Source: Deferribacterales bacterium
GTDB taxonomy: Bacteria > Chrysiogenota > Deferribacteres > Deferribacterales > Geovibrionaceae
Direction of reading: 5' to 3'
Assembly: GCA_050251945.1 (NCBI GenBank)
Contig: JBFWLW010000002.1
Location: forward strand, 32,001 to 96,000
DNA: 64,000 nucleotides
Shown here: piece by piece, positions 37,562-48,500 of the stretch
How positions within the stretch are numbered: position 1 is the stretch's first letter
Layout: every line of letters starts with the position of its first letter
The notes under the pieces: model-generated
The model's input: only the letters and a program-made list of their open reading frames with translations
Told to the model about the DNA's origin: nothing
Database searches by the model: none
Translations under genes and position numbers: made by a program

Positions 37562-40219
37562 TTACCCCTCTGTTATATCCAATTTATTTCTGAGCATTTC
37601 TGCGCTTTCAAACCATGTCAGATATTCTATTCCGCCGCTGTCAGGGTGTTCGCCGCGGTCGTAAAGCCCAAGCCACCGTTTAACACTCTCTGCAAGTCCC
37701 GAAGCCGTAAGACCTTCAAAATAGAAGGCATTGCCGCCCGCAACCTCACGGAATACAGGAATGTCCCTCAACAGAAGGGGTATCCCTCTCTGCGCCGCCT
37801 CTATCAGCGGCAGTCCGAACCCTTCCCCGAAGCTTGCCGAAAGGAGACATACCGAAGCTCCGTACAGGCTGTTCAAATATTCATCACTGGCATTCTCTAT
37901 CCAGAAAATGCCACTGCCGAAGTGTCTGCTGTTGCGTATGGCGCGTACCGCCTCGTCCGCCATCCAGCCGAACCGTCCTGCAATTACAAGCCTGACATCC
38001 GCTCCACCGTCCAGAAGCACATCGAACGCCTTCACCGCCTGATAATGCCCTTTGCGCGGTTCCACAGTCCCGACCATCAGAAAAGTTTTTACAGCCCTGC
38101 ATCCTTCTGTAAAGCTTCCGGCATCGTCCGGCAGACCGCCTGTGGGTACCGAAGCCTCAATGTCGGCACCGAGATGAAACCAGTCCGCCTTTGCGGATGC
38201 ATCCGGCACATTCAAAACCAGCCATTCTTCAAGCTCGTCCGCCACTGCCTTTGATATGCAGAAAAGTTTTTCCGCAGATTTTCCAATGGCACATAACCAG
38301 TCCGCGTGCGTCCCAGCCGCATGATGCGGAAAGAACTGGGGAAATTTCAGAGGCAGAAGGTCGTACACGATAAAATGAATCCTCGCACCCCTCTCCCGCC
38401 ATTCCATAAAAAGCCCGTCGCGGTAAGCCTCATAAACTTTGACCGAATCAAAATCCGCACCCAGAAAAATATCGTTCTGGTTGGGTTCTATTATATCCCC
38501 CGCCTCATCAATATCCGTAAGTTCCCTGAGGCAGGGTTTTTCATCAAATTCATCCATTAGCTTCAAAAGATATTCCGGCGCCTTTCTGTAGCATCTGCGA
38601 CCGCCCGCCGAGGAGATGTAAACAGGCACAACTTTGTATGCGGACACAAAATCCAGCGCAAACGAACGCAAAAGCGAACGAACCACCCGCTGAATCCCTG
38701 TTCTGTGGTCTGTGTGCCAGATAACCGAGATATCAAAGTATATATTATTACGTCCGACAGCGCTCCGGCAGTGCATCACCGCCTTTGAAAGCTGTTCAAG
38801 CGCCGCGTCGTCCATAGTTTTTATCTTCTGCTCCGCCTTCTTAAGAAACTCTTCAAAGTGCGTGTCCGTGTCCTGCGTATACAGGCTCTCAAGTTCACCG
38901 CAGATCAGCCTGCCCACAGCGGACGGGGTCAACCCTGCCGCATGGTTTCTGCCTTTTTCACCCAGCCGTTGACGAAGCTGTCTGTCCCCTTTCAGAAGAA
39001 GCACGGCATTTGCAAGCTCGTCATCGGAAAATTCTGCATTGAGCATGAAAACGCTGTCATCAGGCAGTCCGCTCATGGCACCGCCGCCGCCCACTATAGC
39101 GGGTACGCCGTATGCCATGCAGTCCAGAACGGCGCGGGAGGTTTCACCCCTGCCCGCCTTTCTGAGCTGAACGGCAATATCCGCGGCATTCAGATAAAGC
39201 GCGTATGTCCCGTCGTCAACACTGCCCGTAACGCACGCATCCGCCATTTTCTCCGCATACGCAGCTTCCATACATCCGCCCACGAATACGGTCGTAACAT
39301 CCGGTATTCCGTTTAGCACGGACGCGAGCCTGTCACAGTATTTAAGCTCCGTCACATGCCCGAACGAGCACACCAGAAAAGCATCCTGCGCAATGCCCAG
39401 CTTTTCGCGTGCATCCCGCCTGTTAATAAGTTCGGGTAAAGAATGTACCTGCGGAACAACCCGCGTTCTCTCCGAATATTCCTGACCGAAGAACTTCTGC
39501 GACAGATATTTGGCATATTCCGAATGAACAAGCACTCCGACGCTTCCTGCAAAAAACTCCCTGCAGGAAGGCAGTTTCTCCATCGCCGCCTCGTGTCCTT
39601 CCCGTGCAAGAAGATTCAGTCCCGCAAGTCCGTGGGAGAACAGCACCGCCTCCGTATGGAAGTCGGACGCGTGTTCCATATACTGCATCCACGCGGCAAA
39701 ATGCCCGAGGAATATCTCGTGCAGAACGGTGACGCCCGGATAATTCCTCATAAGACGCGGCATGTGCGCGTGATATCCTGAGTTTCCCATCTGATAAAGC
39801 ACACGGTCATAGCGTCTGTAATTCTTTTTAAAATACGAAACGCTTCTGACAGCGCATCCGTCGGGAATATCCGACGCATCGGTCTGGTCTGTGATAAGCT
39901 CAACCCTGTAATGCTCTTTAAGCCCCTCTGCAAGCTCTACCGTATACTTCGCTATACCAGTTTTAAGCGGAGGGAGAGGTGAAACAATCGCCAGCAGTTT
40001 TCCGCCGCCTGCAACATTCACTTTCGGCGTAGTCATCAGTGCTTCCGCGTAATCCGCAAGCTCCGGAACACCTATATCTTTAATGGCGAGAAGTCTGTCC
40101 CACGCGACCTTTCCGCGCAGTTGCTCCCTTATGCCCGCCGGGTCTTTACCGTAATAAAGCACACGGACAGCACTCTCCGTCATATCGGTTTCATCATTCA
40201 GACGGACAAAATCTGTCAT
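37562..40219 (-). CDS. Two-domain GT4-type glycosyltransferase
   Basis: VSPLPPLKTGIAKY..YQMGNSGYH..RGETS; TGIQRVVR..MVGTVEPRKGH..GEGFGLPLIEA. Confidence 0.88.
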   Translation of the reverse strand: MTDFVRLNDETDMTESAVRVLYYGKDPAGIREQLRGKVAWDRLLAIKDIGVPELADYAEALMTTPKVNVAGGGKLLAIVSPLPPLKTGIAKYTVELAEGLKEHYRVELITDQTDASDIPDGCAVRSVSYFKKNYRRYDRVLYQMGNSGYHAHMPRLMRNYPGVTVLHEIFLGHFAAWMQYMEHASDFHTEAVLFSHGLAGLNLLAREGHEAAMEKLPSCREFFAGSVGVLVHSEYAKYLSQKFFGQEYSERTRVVPQVHSLPELINRRDAREKLGIAQDAFLVCSFGHVTELKYCDRLASVLNGIPDVTTVFVGGCMEAAYAEKMADACVTGSVDDGTYALYLNAADIAVQLRKAGRGETSRAVLDCMAYGVPAIVGGGGAMSGLPDDSVFMLNAEFSDDELANAVLLLKGDRQLRQRLGEKGRNHAAGLTPSAVGRLICGELESLYTQDTDTHFEEFLKKAEQKIKTMDDAALEQLSKAVMHCRSAVGRNNIYFDISVIWHTDHRTGIQRVVRSLLRSFALDFVSAYKVVPVYISSAGGRRCYRKAPEYLLKLMDEFDEKPCLRELTDIDEAGDIIEPNQNDIFLGADFDSVKVYEAYRDGLFMEWRERGARIHFIVYDLLPLKFPQFFPHHAAGTHADWLCAIGKSAEKLFCISKAVADELEEWLVLNVPDASAKADWFHLGADIEASVPTGGLPDDAGSFTEGCRAVKTFLMVGTVEPRKGHYQAVKAFDVLLDGGADVRLVIAGRFGWMADEAVRAIRNSRHFGSGIFWIENASDEYLNSLYGASVCLLSASFGEGFGLPLIEAAQRGIPLLLRDIPVFREVAGGNAFYFEGLTASGLAESVKRWLGLYDRGEHPDSGGIEYLTWFESAEMLRNKLDITEG

Positions 40220-40431
40220 GTGCGCCCGCTTCTTATATCTTTCAGGCGTTTCAGCACACCCCTGCCGTCACGGCTGAGGGAGGGTTTAATGGACGGAATC
40301 CCAAGCCTCAGAAACATCTTTTCCGCGAGAACCTCAGGCACAATGGCGAAAAACACTCTTTTGCCGTACGGTATCCTGAAAATTATGCCGCATATGCGCC
40401 GCACCGCCGCTTTTATCGTCTGTTTATTCAT
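40216..40431 (-). CDS. Small basic hypothetical protein (71 aa)
   Basis: Fills the wzt-GT gap with overlaps at both ends. Confidence 0.5.
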   Translation of the reverse strand: MNKQTIKAAVRRICGIIFRIPYGKRVFFAIVPEVLAEKMFLRLGIPSIKPSLSRDGRGVLKRLKDIRSGRT

Positions 40432-41641
40432 ATTCTGTCTCAATCTCTGAAGGGACGTAGCTGTGCCCCTCGAAATGCGTTCTGTCAGTGTTTACGGTTT
40501 CAAACATCATGGCGAAATCGCGCCATTCAAAATTGAGGTCAAGATGGGTCATCCCGCCTGAAAGCGCAGTTGAAACAGAATAACTGCCCACGCCGATATC
40601 CGCCCTGAAGCGCACTCTGAAAATCAGTCTGTCGCTCTTCTTAACGTTGAGCGTCTGCCCTGTGAACCATGTGTTAGTGCCGTAAACCGTCTGCCCCAGT
40701 CTGTCTTTCAGCATATAGCCGAACACCAGCCCGTCTATGTCTTCATAAACTTCCGCTCTCACGCGGAGTTCATACTGTCTGCCCACGTGCAGAAGTGTCA
40801 CAGGGGTTCCTTCACTGTCGTATATTTCAACCGAAACACACTTTGCCCCGCCCGTACCGGATACTGTCTGCATCCGTCCGCCTGTTACGGCGGTCTGGCT
40901 CACTGCGGTGCCGCTGCGTTTCGCCATCAGTCCGTTGTAATAGTCCAGAACTTCCGAAGGTCTGCCGTCCATCACCAGCTTTCCGCCGTCCAGAAGCAGT
41001 ACGCGTCCGCAGATGCTCTGCATTGCCTGCCTGTCGTGAGAAACAAGCAGAACAGCAGTCCCATGGTTCAGAAACTCCCTTATCCTGCCGAAACTCTTGT
41101 GCTGAAAATAGGCGTCGCCCACTGACAGCGCCTCGTCCACCATAAGTATGTCAGGACGGAAAGCCGTTGCCGCCGCAAAGGCAAGCCGCGCCTGCATGCC
41201 GCTGGAATATATTCTTACAGGCTTGTCGAAATATCCGCCAAGCTCCGAAAACTCTTCAACAAAACTGACACCCTCTTTTATTGCTCCGGACTGAAAGCCG
41301 CTCATGGCAAGATACTGCGCGGCATTCTGCCTGCCTGTCAGGTCGGGATGAAACCCAAGCCCCAGTTCTATGATGGCAGACACTGTTCCGCTGTACTCGA
41401 TGGTTCCTTCGGTCTGCCGCGTCATGCCCGCTATCATCTTAAGCAATGTGCTTTTTCCGGCGCCGTTGTGTCCCGCTATGCCCACAGCCTCGCCTTTTTC
41501 AATGGTGAAGCTGACACCCTCAAGAACACGGCTGTCAGTATATCCGCCGCCTCCGGTGCCGAACCAAGAAAGCACACGCCGAAGACCGGAACCGTATGTA
41601 CGGTACACTTTTCCGGCATTCTGCACACTGAGCAGGCTCAC
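40424..41641 (-). CDS. wzt: Polysaccharide ABC exporter ATPase with C-terminal Wzt_C-like domain
   Basis: GHNGAGKST, ELGLGFHPDLTGR, YSSGMQARLAF, DEALSVGDAYFQHK; DRLGQTVYGTNT. Confidence 0.9.
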   Translation of the reverse strand: MSLLSVQNAGKVYRTYGSGLRRVLSWFGTGGGGYTDSRVLEGVSFTIEKGEAVGIAGHNGAGKSTLLKMIAGMTRQTEGTIEYSGTVSAIIELGLGFHPDLTGRQNAAQYLAMSGFQSGAIKEGVSFVEEFSELGGYFDKPVRIYSSGMQARLAFAAATAFRPDILMVDEALSVGDAYFQHKSFGRIREFLNHGTAVLLVSHDRQAMQSICGRVLLLDGGKLVMDGRPSEVLDYYNGLMAKRSGTAVSQTAVTGGRMQTVSGTGGAKCVSVEIYDSEGTPVTLLHVGRQYELRVRAEVYEDIDGLVFGYMLKDRLGQTVYGTNTWFTGQTLNVKKSDRLIFRVRFRADIGVGSYSVSTALSGGMTHLDLNFEWRDFAMMFETVNTDRTHFEGHSYVPSEIETEYE

Positions 41642-42423
41642 AGCACATCCGCCATCTCAGCCGCCGCTTTTCTGTGAAGCACCAATGAAAAGAATATCAG
41701 AACCAGCCCGAAAACCGCCGTGAACAGGACGGAAAACGGCTCCGGCTGCCTGCCGAAAACAAGCGCATCCTGAAATCCTGTAACAACCGGATACATGGGA
41801 TTGAGTTTCAGAAGATGCCTGTATGCGGCAGGAATAATGCTCTCCATATAAACCACAGGGGTGAGCCAGAACCAGAATTGCAGGACAACCTGCATCATAT
41901 GTTTGATATCTCTGATAAAAACATTAAGTATGCCGAGTATTGCGCCGAAACCGAGACCGAACAGCAAAGCCGCACCGTAGAGCGGAACAAGCCATAAGAC
42001 ATTCAAGGTGAGCGGTTGACCGATAAATGCGAACACTATGCCGACTGCCGCGATGAAAAGTACAGCGTTTATCAATGACGTCCCCACGGCTATCAGCGGC
42101 AGGGCGGCAGAGGGAAACGAAACTTTTTTGATGATGCCTGCGTTGTCGGTAAATACGTTAACACAGCCGAGGACAACGTCGGAGAAAAACGCCCAGCCGA
42201 GCGTTCCCGCAAGCAGATACGCCGCATATGAAACGCCGGAATTGCCCTTAGGGGAAAGAACGGAGGACAGGACAAGCGCATAGACCGCCGACTGGCAAAG
42301 GGGAGCTACCACGCCCCAAAGACCGCCGAGCCTGCTTCTGGCAAACTTCACCCGAAATCCCGTAATGACAGACCCTATTATAAAATATCTGAAACGCCAT
42401 ATCTGAAAAAAAGTATCTTTCAT
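41638..42423 (-). CDS. wzm: Polysaccharide ABC exporter permease
   Basis: SRLGGLW, IKKVSFP, NVFIRD, FWLTPVVY, LNPM. Confidence 0.9.
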   Translation of the reverse strand: MKDTFFQIWRFRYFIIGSVITGFRVKFARSRLGGLWGVVAPLCQSAVYALVLSSVLSPKGNSGVSYAAYLLAGTLGWAFFSDVVLGCVNVFTDNAGIIKKVSFPSAALPLIAVGTSLINAVLFIAAVGIVFAFIGQPLTLNVLWLVPLYGAALLFGLGFGAILGILNVFIRDIKHMMQVVLQFWFWLTPVVYMESIIPAAYRHLLKLNPMYPVVTGFQDALVFGRQPEPFSVLFTAVFGLVLIFFSLVLHRKAAAEMADVL

Positions 42424-42462
42424 TTGTTCCCGCAAAGGCAAAAAATATTCAGCAGCGGCGAT

Positions 42463-42499
42463 AAAAAAGCTCCGGCGCATAAGACGCTCCGGAGCTTTT
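42463..42499 (-). terminator. Terminator/attenuator after giant protein gene
   Basis: AAAAGCTCCGG..CCGGAGCTTTT followed by a T tract on the minus strand. Confidence 0.7.
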
Positions 42500-42510
42500 C
42501 GCAATATTAA

Positions 42511-45500
42511 TTAAACTGTGAAATCCCATTCGTTAGGCAGGTTATAGATGCCCTGCATCTCAACTGATGTCACGAAGCTTTCCGCAACCTCCGCTATGGA
42601 GTGTCCACTCTCGACACAGTCTATCCAGTAAGCTTTGCCATCCGCATCGGACGGTCTGTCAAGCAGGGCAACGTAAAGCTGCTCCACCTGATCATCCACA
42701 GACAGGGCTGCAAAGTCAACACCTGTGGCGTCATGATATTCGGCGGATTTCATAAACCATATGGTCATGTCGCCGACAGAAAGATCTTTGTCAACAACCA
42801 CATCCGCCCAGTATTGGAATCCGTTAACCTCCGGCTGTCTGTCGAGTACCTGCTCGTACAGAGAAGCGATGAAGGTGAGTTCGTCACTGTTCTGGATTTC
42901 GTATGTGCCGTCGGCAAACTCTATCGTCTCCGCGTTGAGGATAGTATCAACCTCGGAAGGGTCTGAAACAAGGCTGACATAGGTCAGACCGTTGTCGCGT
43001 GTTATTATGTAATCACTCATACTTCCGCTGTAAACAACCGTGTCGGTTCCGCTTCCGCCGTGGAGAAGGTCGTCTCCGTCGCCGCCTGACATGCGGTCGT
43101 TACCGCTTTCACCGTAGATGATGTCGTCGCCGGCGAGAGAACCGACGATATCGTCGCCTGCACCCGCGTGCAGTTCGTCATCATCCGCGCCGAGCAGAAT
43201 GTCCTGAATTCCGTCTCCTGCATAAACAATGTTCGCGCCGTCGCCGCCGCGCACAGTGATCCCGCTGCCTATTATCACGGCAAACTCGATATTTTGAAGA
43301 TCAAGTTCCGTTCCGGCGGGAAGAGCCGAAGCATCTATGACCACCGCCTCCTTGGGCGTTGCGTCCCCGTCAGACGTGGAAACCGTATTGGACGTGCCGT
43401 TAATGACTATCGCCGAATCGGGAACGTCGCTTCCTGATACTGACAGGACAATCTTATTGACGACCAGAGTGCTTGTGGAATCCGACAAAGAACTGAGGAA
43501 ATCCGCGCCTCCGTCAAGCATAGCCGTTCTTCCGGCATCAGCGTCGGACGCCGTGCTTTCGATATAGAAGATAAGATCGCCGATGGCGTCGTTAAGTGTT
43601 CTGCTGTCCACAGGCGAACGGGTTCCTATGGTGGTGATACCCACACCGACAGGAAGACTTGCGGTTGTTGCCCATTCCGTTCTTGAGCTTTCGCCCCAGA
43701 AAAGCGGTATCTCCGCAGTGCCTGCCGCACCGGTGTCGTTTACTCTTGTATCTTCAACAGGATCAACCGTCAGGGTCTCCGTTGTGACAACGCGTGTGAC
43801 AGTGTTCCCTTCAAGGTCAGTATATGTCTGGGTCTGGCTCACTGTCTCGGTGGTAACGTCTACACCGTCCACCGTTTCCACGGTTTTCACATCTGTAACC
43901 GTCACGGCATTTGTCGTGTCGGCGGTATTTCCTCCGGTCACAGATCCGTTCCAGTCATCAGCAACGGAAAGATTATATGTCGTTCCGCCGGAAGACTGAG
44001 TTCCGCTGTTGTCCAGAACAGCGTTAACAAGCGCTTTGTCGGCAGAGTTCAGAGTTATGGTAAAACTTGTGGCGGATGATACCTCCACATCGGAAGTGGC
44101 TGAAAGGGTGACGTTTCCACCCTCTCCCGTAAACGTGAATTTTGAAACGTCTATGTCGTTGGCAGAGCCTGACTGTTTAACAAAATTCGAGCCTGTTACG
44201 GTGATTACTCCGGTTTCAGCATTATAGGATACCGAGCTTATTGCAGGAGCGGTTAAGCTTTCCACTGTCACCGCATTGCCTGTCAAATCTGCGGCGGCGG
44301 CTCTTGTTCCGTTCCAGCCGTCTGCGGCGGCAATATCAAAAACATCACCGCCAGCGGCAGAAGTTCCGTTGACGTTCAGCAGTCCTTCTACGTTTATCTG
44401 GTCAGTCTGTGTGAGCGTCAGGCTGAAACCTGCCGCCGTTGCGGCAACCGTATAGGTTCCCGCCAGAGTATAGCTGTTTCCGCCCTCTCCGGTGACGCTG
44501 AGTTTTGAAGCGTCTATGATATCGCCTGCAACCAGTCCCGTACCTGTAACGGTGAGAACTCCGGTTTCGGCGTTGTATGACGCGGATGTTACGGCAGGGG
44601 TGTCACCCACGGTAACAGTGGTTGATACGTTCAATGATGCCGTGCTATTTCCGGTAGAGCTGTCGGAAACCTCGGTCAGCGTTACGGTTCTGTCACCGGA
44701 AGTCGGTGTTGTATCGCTGTTTTTATAGCTTGCACCGTCAATCAGCGAACCTAACTGCGTTCCGGTGAGGCTAAGCCCTGTCAAAGTGACAACAGCCGTT
44801 CCGTTCACCACTGAAACACTAGCTGTTCCGCCTGAAACGGTTGCAGTCGTTCCGTTTGTCAGTGCAATGTCCACACCGCCGACAGTTATATATTCTGTTG
44901 TATCCGCCACATTTGTCACTGTAAGTTTAAGACCTGTGAAAGTCTGATCAGTTTCGCCCGCATCAGCCGTTACACTGCTGAACAGGTCTGCGGAGGACGT
45001 TGTGCTTCCGTATGCCACGGCACCATTCACAGCCGTTGCCGTTACTGTAGGCAGAATATTCAGATCAACGGTGATGTCAGTTCCGCTCAAAACAAAGTCG
45101 GACGCTTCAAATTCCCCGTTAAGTTTTATCGTAAGATCAGCACCCGCAATACCGTCCGTGTCGATATAAAGAAGAGTGTCGGTTCCGTCAGCCACCACCT
45201 CGATAGTATTGGCGGCAACGTTAAGACCGTCCCCCGCCTCAACAGTATCGTCGGTGAAGTCGGCTCCGGAGACCCTGACCACATCGTTCCCCTCAAGGTC
45301 GGTTATGGTGTCGGTTCCGTAATCATCAACATTGTACATCACCAGATCGCCGCCTGAGTTAAGCTCCTGCGGCTGATACATATAAACATCAGCTCCGCTT
45401 CCGCCTGTGAGTGTGTCATCGCCGAGACCGCCCACAAGAATGTCATCGCCGCTGCCTGTGCTTATGGTGTCGTTTCCTGCACCGCCGTAAACTATCGAAT

Positions 45501-48500
45501 CCACAATTCCGTTATCGGTAAACGAGTCGTCTCCGCCGAACAGATAATATGAAAGCGCGCCGGATGCAGGAGCTGAAACGCTGGTTACGTTCAGTGTGGT
45601 CGGGTTTTCAACAGGTGTTTCCGTCAGCGGGTCGGAAATGTCATAGCCGTCGTAGAAAGCCACCGTGGCGCCGCTGAGATCGTTACTGCCGACATTCAGC
45701 GTAAAAGCATCATCAGATTCGTTCAAAATGCCGATTTCTGCAGATGAAACGGTGTTGTCAGAAATATTCACTACCGTTCCGTTGTCATAGATATACATAA
45801 TATCTATTCCGTTGAAATTGCCGCCTGCAGCACCGTTCAGGGTGTTGCCCGTTATGGTGGAATCGTCGGCATAAACCAGAAGAATACCGCTTGATGCATA
45901 AGTTGCATGATCGAACGCAAGGTTCTCTATAGTATTGTCGGTTATGGTTGCGGTGGTGCCTGTGCGCAAACCTCCGGAACCTATCTGTATGCCGTTCTGA
46001 CCGCATTCCCCGGCAACGCCCATACCGGTTATCTCGTTGCCGTCAATCGTGATGTTGAGGCTGGGTCCCCATGCAATGATTCCGGTTTTCTGATAATTAT
46101 ATATTTCCGAATTGGTTATGGATACGTTAACAGTTTCTCCGAGAGAGGCTCCGGCTTCGACAAGAATACCGTAGTTTTCGCTGAATCCCCACTGATCCTC
46201 GCTCTCGTCGCTTCGGATATTCATGACCGTCACATTATCTATCTGTACGTTCGAGTCTACTATGGCTATACCGATGAAATCCTTATTGCCGTTGTATTCG
46301 TCAACAACCGCCTGATCACGTCCGTCAACAGTAATGTTCTTTATGACAACTGTACCGTTTGTAGTATCGGTATCGACGTTGATGACGGGCATACGCCATT
46401 TGCCGTTGTTTGTAAGCTGATCGGGAAGAACCTGCTGGAGGTCGGCTGAATCCGGCGATTCTATCACCACGTTTCCGTTCTCACCGTTCAAAGCATCGAT
46501 GGTGACGTTCTTGGTTATGTTGAACTGTCCTCTGTAAACCCCGTCGTGTATGAGGATGGTGTCTCCGTCCTTCGCAATGGCGAGGGCTTCATACAGACTC
46601 ATACCGTCCGCAGTATCGCCGTCGGTGTCGTAATCCGTCTGTGTAACGTGTATCACAGTGCTTGTGACCGTCACTTCAGCTGTGGTTGTGGCAGTGCCGT
46701 CATTAACAGCCACCTCAATGACAGCGTCGCCGTAAGGCGTATCGTTCTCATAGCCTATATGTGCCAGAACGTCGTTCACGTCAGCGGTTGAAGCGTCGCT
46801 GTCAAAACTGACAACAAGCTTGCCGTCGGCTGAAGTATAGCTCCATGTGGCAAACTGAGTGCCGCCGCTTGAAATGGTTCCGGTTGAATCCGAACCCTGC
46901 TCGATGGTTCCTGTGACAGTAAAATTTCCGCCTGAAACAAAAGTGTATACGTCGTTGGCGTTGCCGTCCGCAGCACCGTTGGAATCCACACGCTGCATTG
47001 TTATGCTGCCGCCGTCCCAGTCGCCGGAATCGTTCTCCGTATCGCTTATCGCTGCGTCGGGAACAAGCCCGCTGCCTGCATCTGCGAGACTGACGGAGCT
47101 GTCGGTTCCGGTATCCGCACCGTTAAGGTCTAAAACTGCCGCATCGTTCGTTGTGAAGCCTGTGACCGTAACAGAGTTTGTTGTGTCAGATATATCCCCG
47201 CCTGTCACGGTTCCGTTCCAGTCGTCTGCAGCACTGATATTATAAGTCGTGCTGTCATCAGACGAAGACCCGTTTGCCGTGATAAGGTTAGCTACGCTGT
47301 CCTTATCCGTTGAACTGAGAGTAATTGTAAAAGACGTTGCGGAGGTAATCTCAACGTCTGAAGTGTCTGCAAGAGTATATGTTCCGCCGCCCTCTCCTGT
47401 AAAAGTGAAGGCTGTCGCGTCTATATCGTTAGCCGAACCGGACAGATGCACCAGATTTGTCGCCGTCACTGTAAGAACACCTGTTGAGGCGTCGTATGCC
47501 GTACTCGTTATCGCAGGCGCAGTTATGTTGGAAACCGTGATACCGTTGCCCGTTGAATCGGCATCGGCACCGCTGACCCAGTCTGCTCCGGCGGCAAGAT
47601 TGAACGTTGTCGAATCTGCCGAGGCTGTTCCGTTGTTATTCAGTATACCGTTGACATTCAGTTTGTCGGTGGCGTCAAGCACTACAGTGAAAGAGGTTGC
47701 ACTTGATGCCGTTACTGTATATGAACCGGCAAGCGTATATGTGTTGCCGTCTTCACCAGTGATGGTAAGAACGCTGGTGTCTATAGGGTCGCCGGTATTC
47801 ATTCCGGTTCCTGTAACAACAAGAGTACCTGTTGAAGCGTCATATGTTGCAGACGTGATTAACTGTATCACAACCGAAACAGTTGCAGAAACACCGGAGA
47901 CTGTCGCGGAACTGTTTGTGGCGCCGTCGTCAGTTATCTGTGTGATAGTTATGACTCTGTCGCCGGTTGTCACACTCGCGTCGGTGTTTTTATAACTCAT
48001 TTCATCAATAAGATTTGAAAAAACGCTGTTGGCAAGACTTATGCCGGATACTGTTATTGTGGCTGTACTTCCTGAAACAAACACATTTGCCGTGCCTCCG
48101 GAAACTGATACAGAGTTGCCGTTTGTGAGGGCAACGTCCGTTCCTCCCATGGTCAAATACTCGGAAGAGTCCGAAACGTTAGTCACGGTTATGGTGAACC
48201 CTGTGAATGTCTGACCGCTGTCCTCAGTGCTGGCAACAACAGTGTCAAACAGATCAACACCTGTTGAAGTGCCCTGCGAGAAATTCACCGTTTCGCCCAC
48301 CGCTGAGAGTGTCGGCACATGGTATGTGATTACAGGACTGGATGAAATATTAGTAAGATACATATTGTCAAGCGCAAGCTGCATCGGCATGCCGCCTGCA
48401 TATACATAGAAAGAAGTAATATTCTCAAAACCGCTTATACCGGAAAGATCTATTGTAACGCCGCCGTTATCGTCTCCCGCATAATCGATGACAACAGTAT

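Noticed and set aside
47249..47995. Long plus-strand ORFs within the giant gene
   Set aside because: Stop-free antisense frames arising from Thr/Ser/Asp/Gly codon bias
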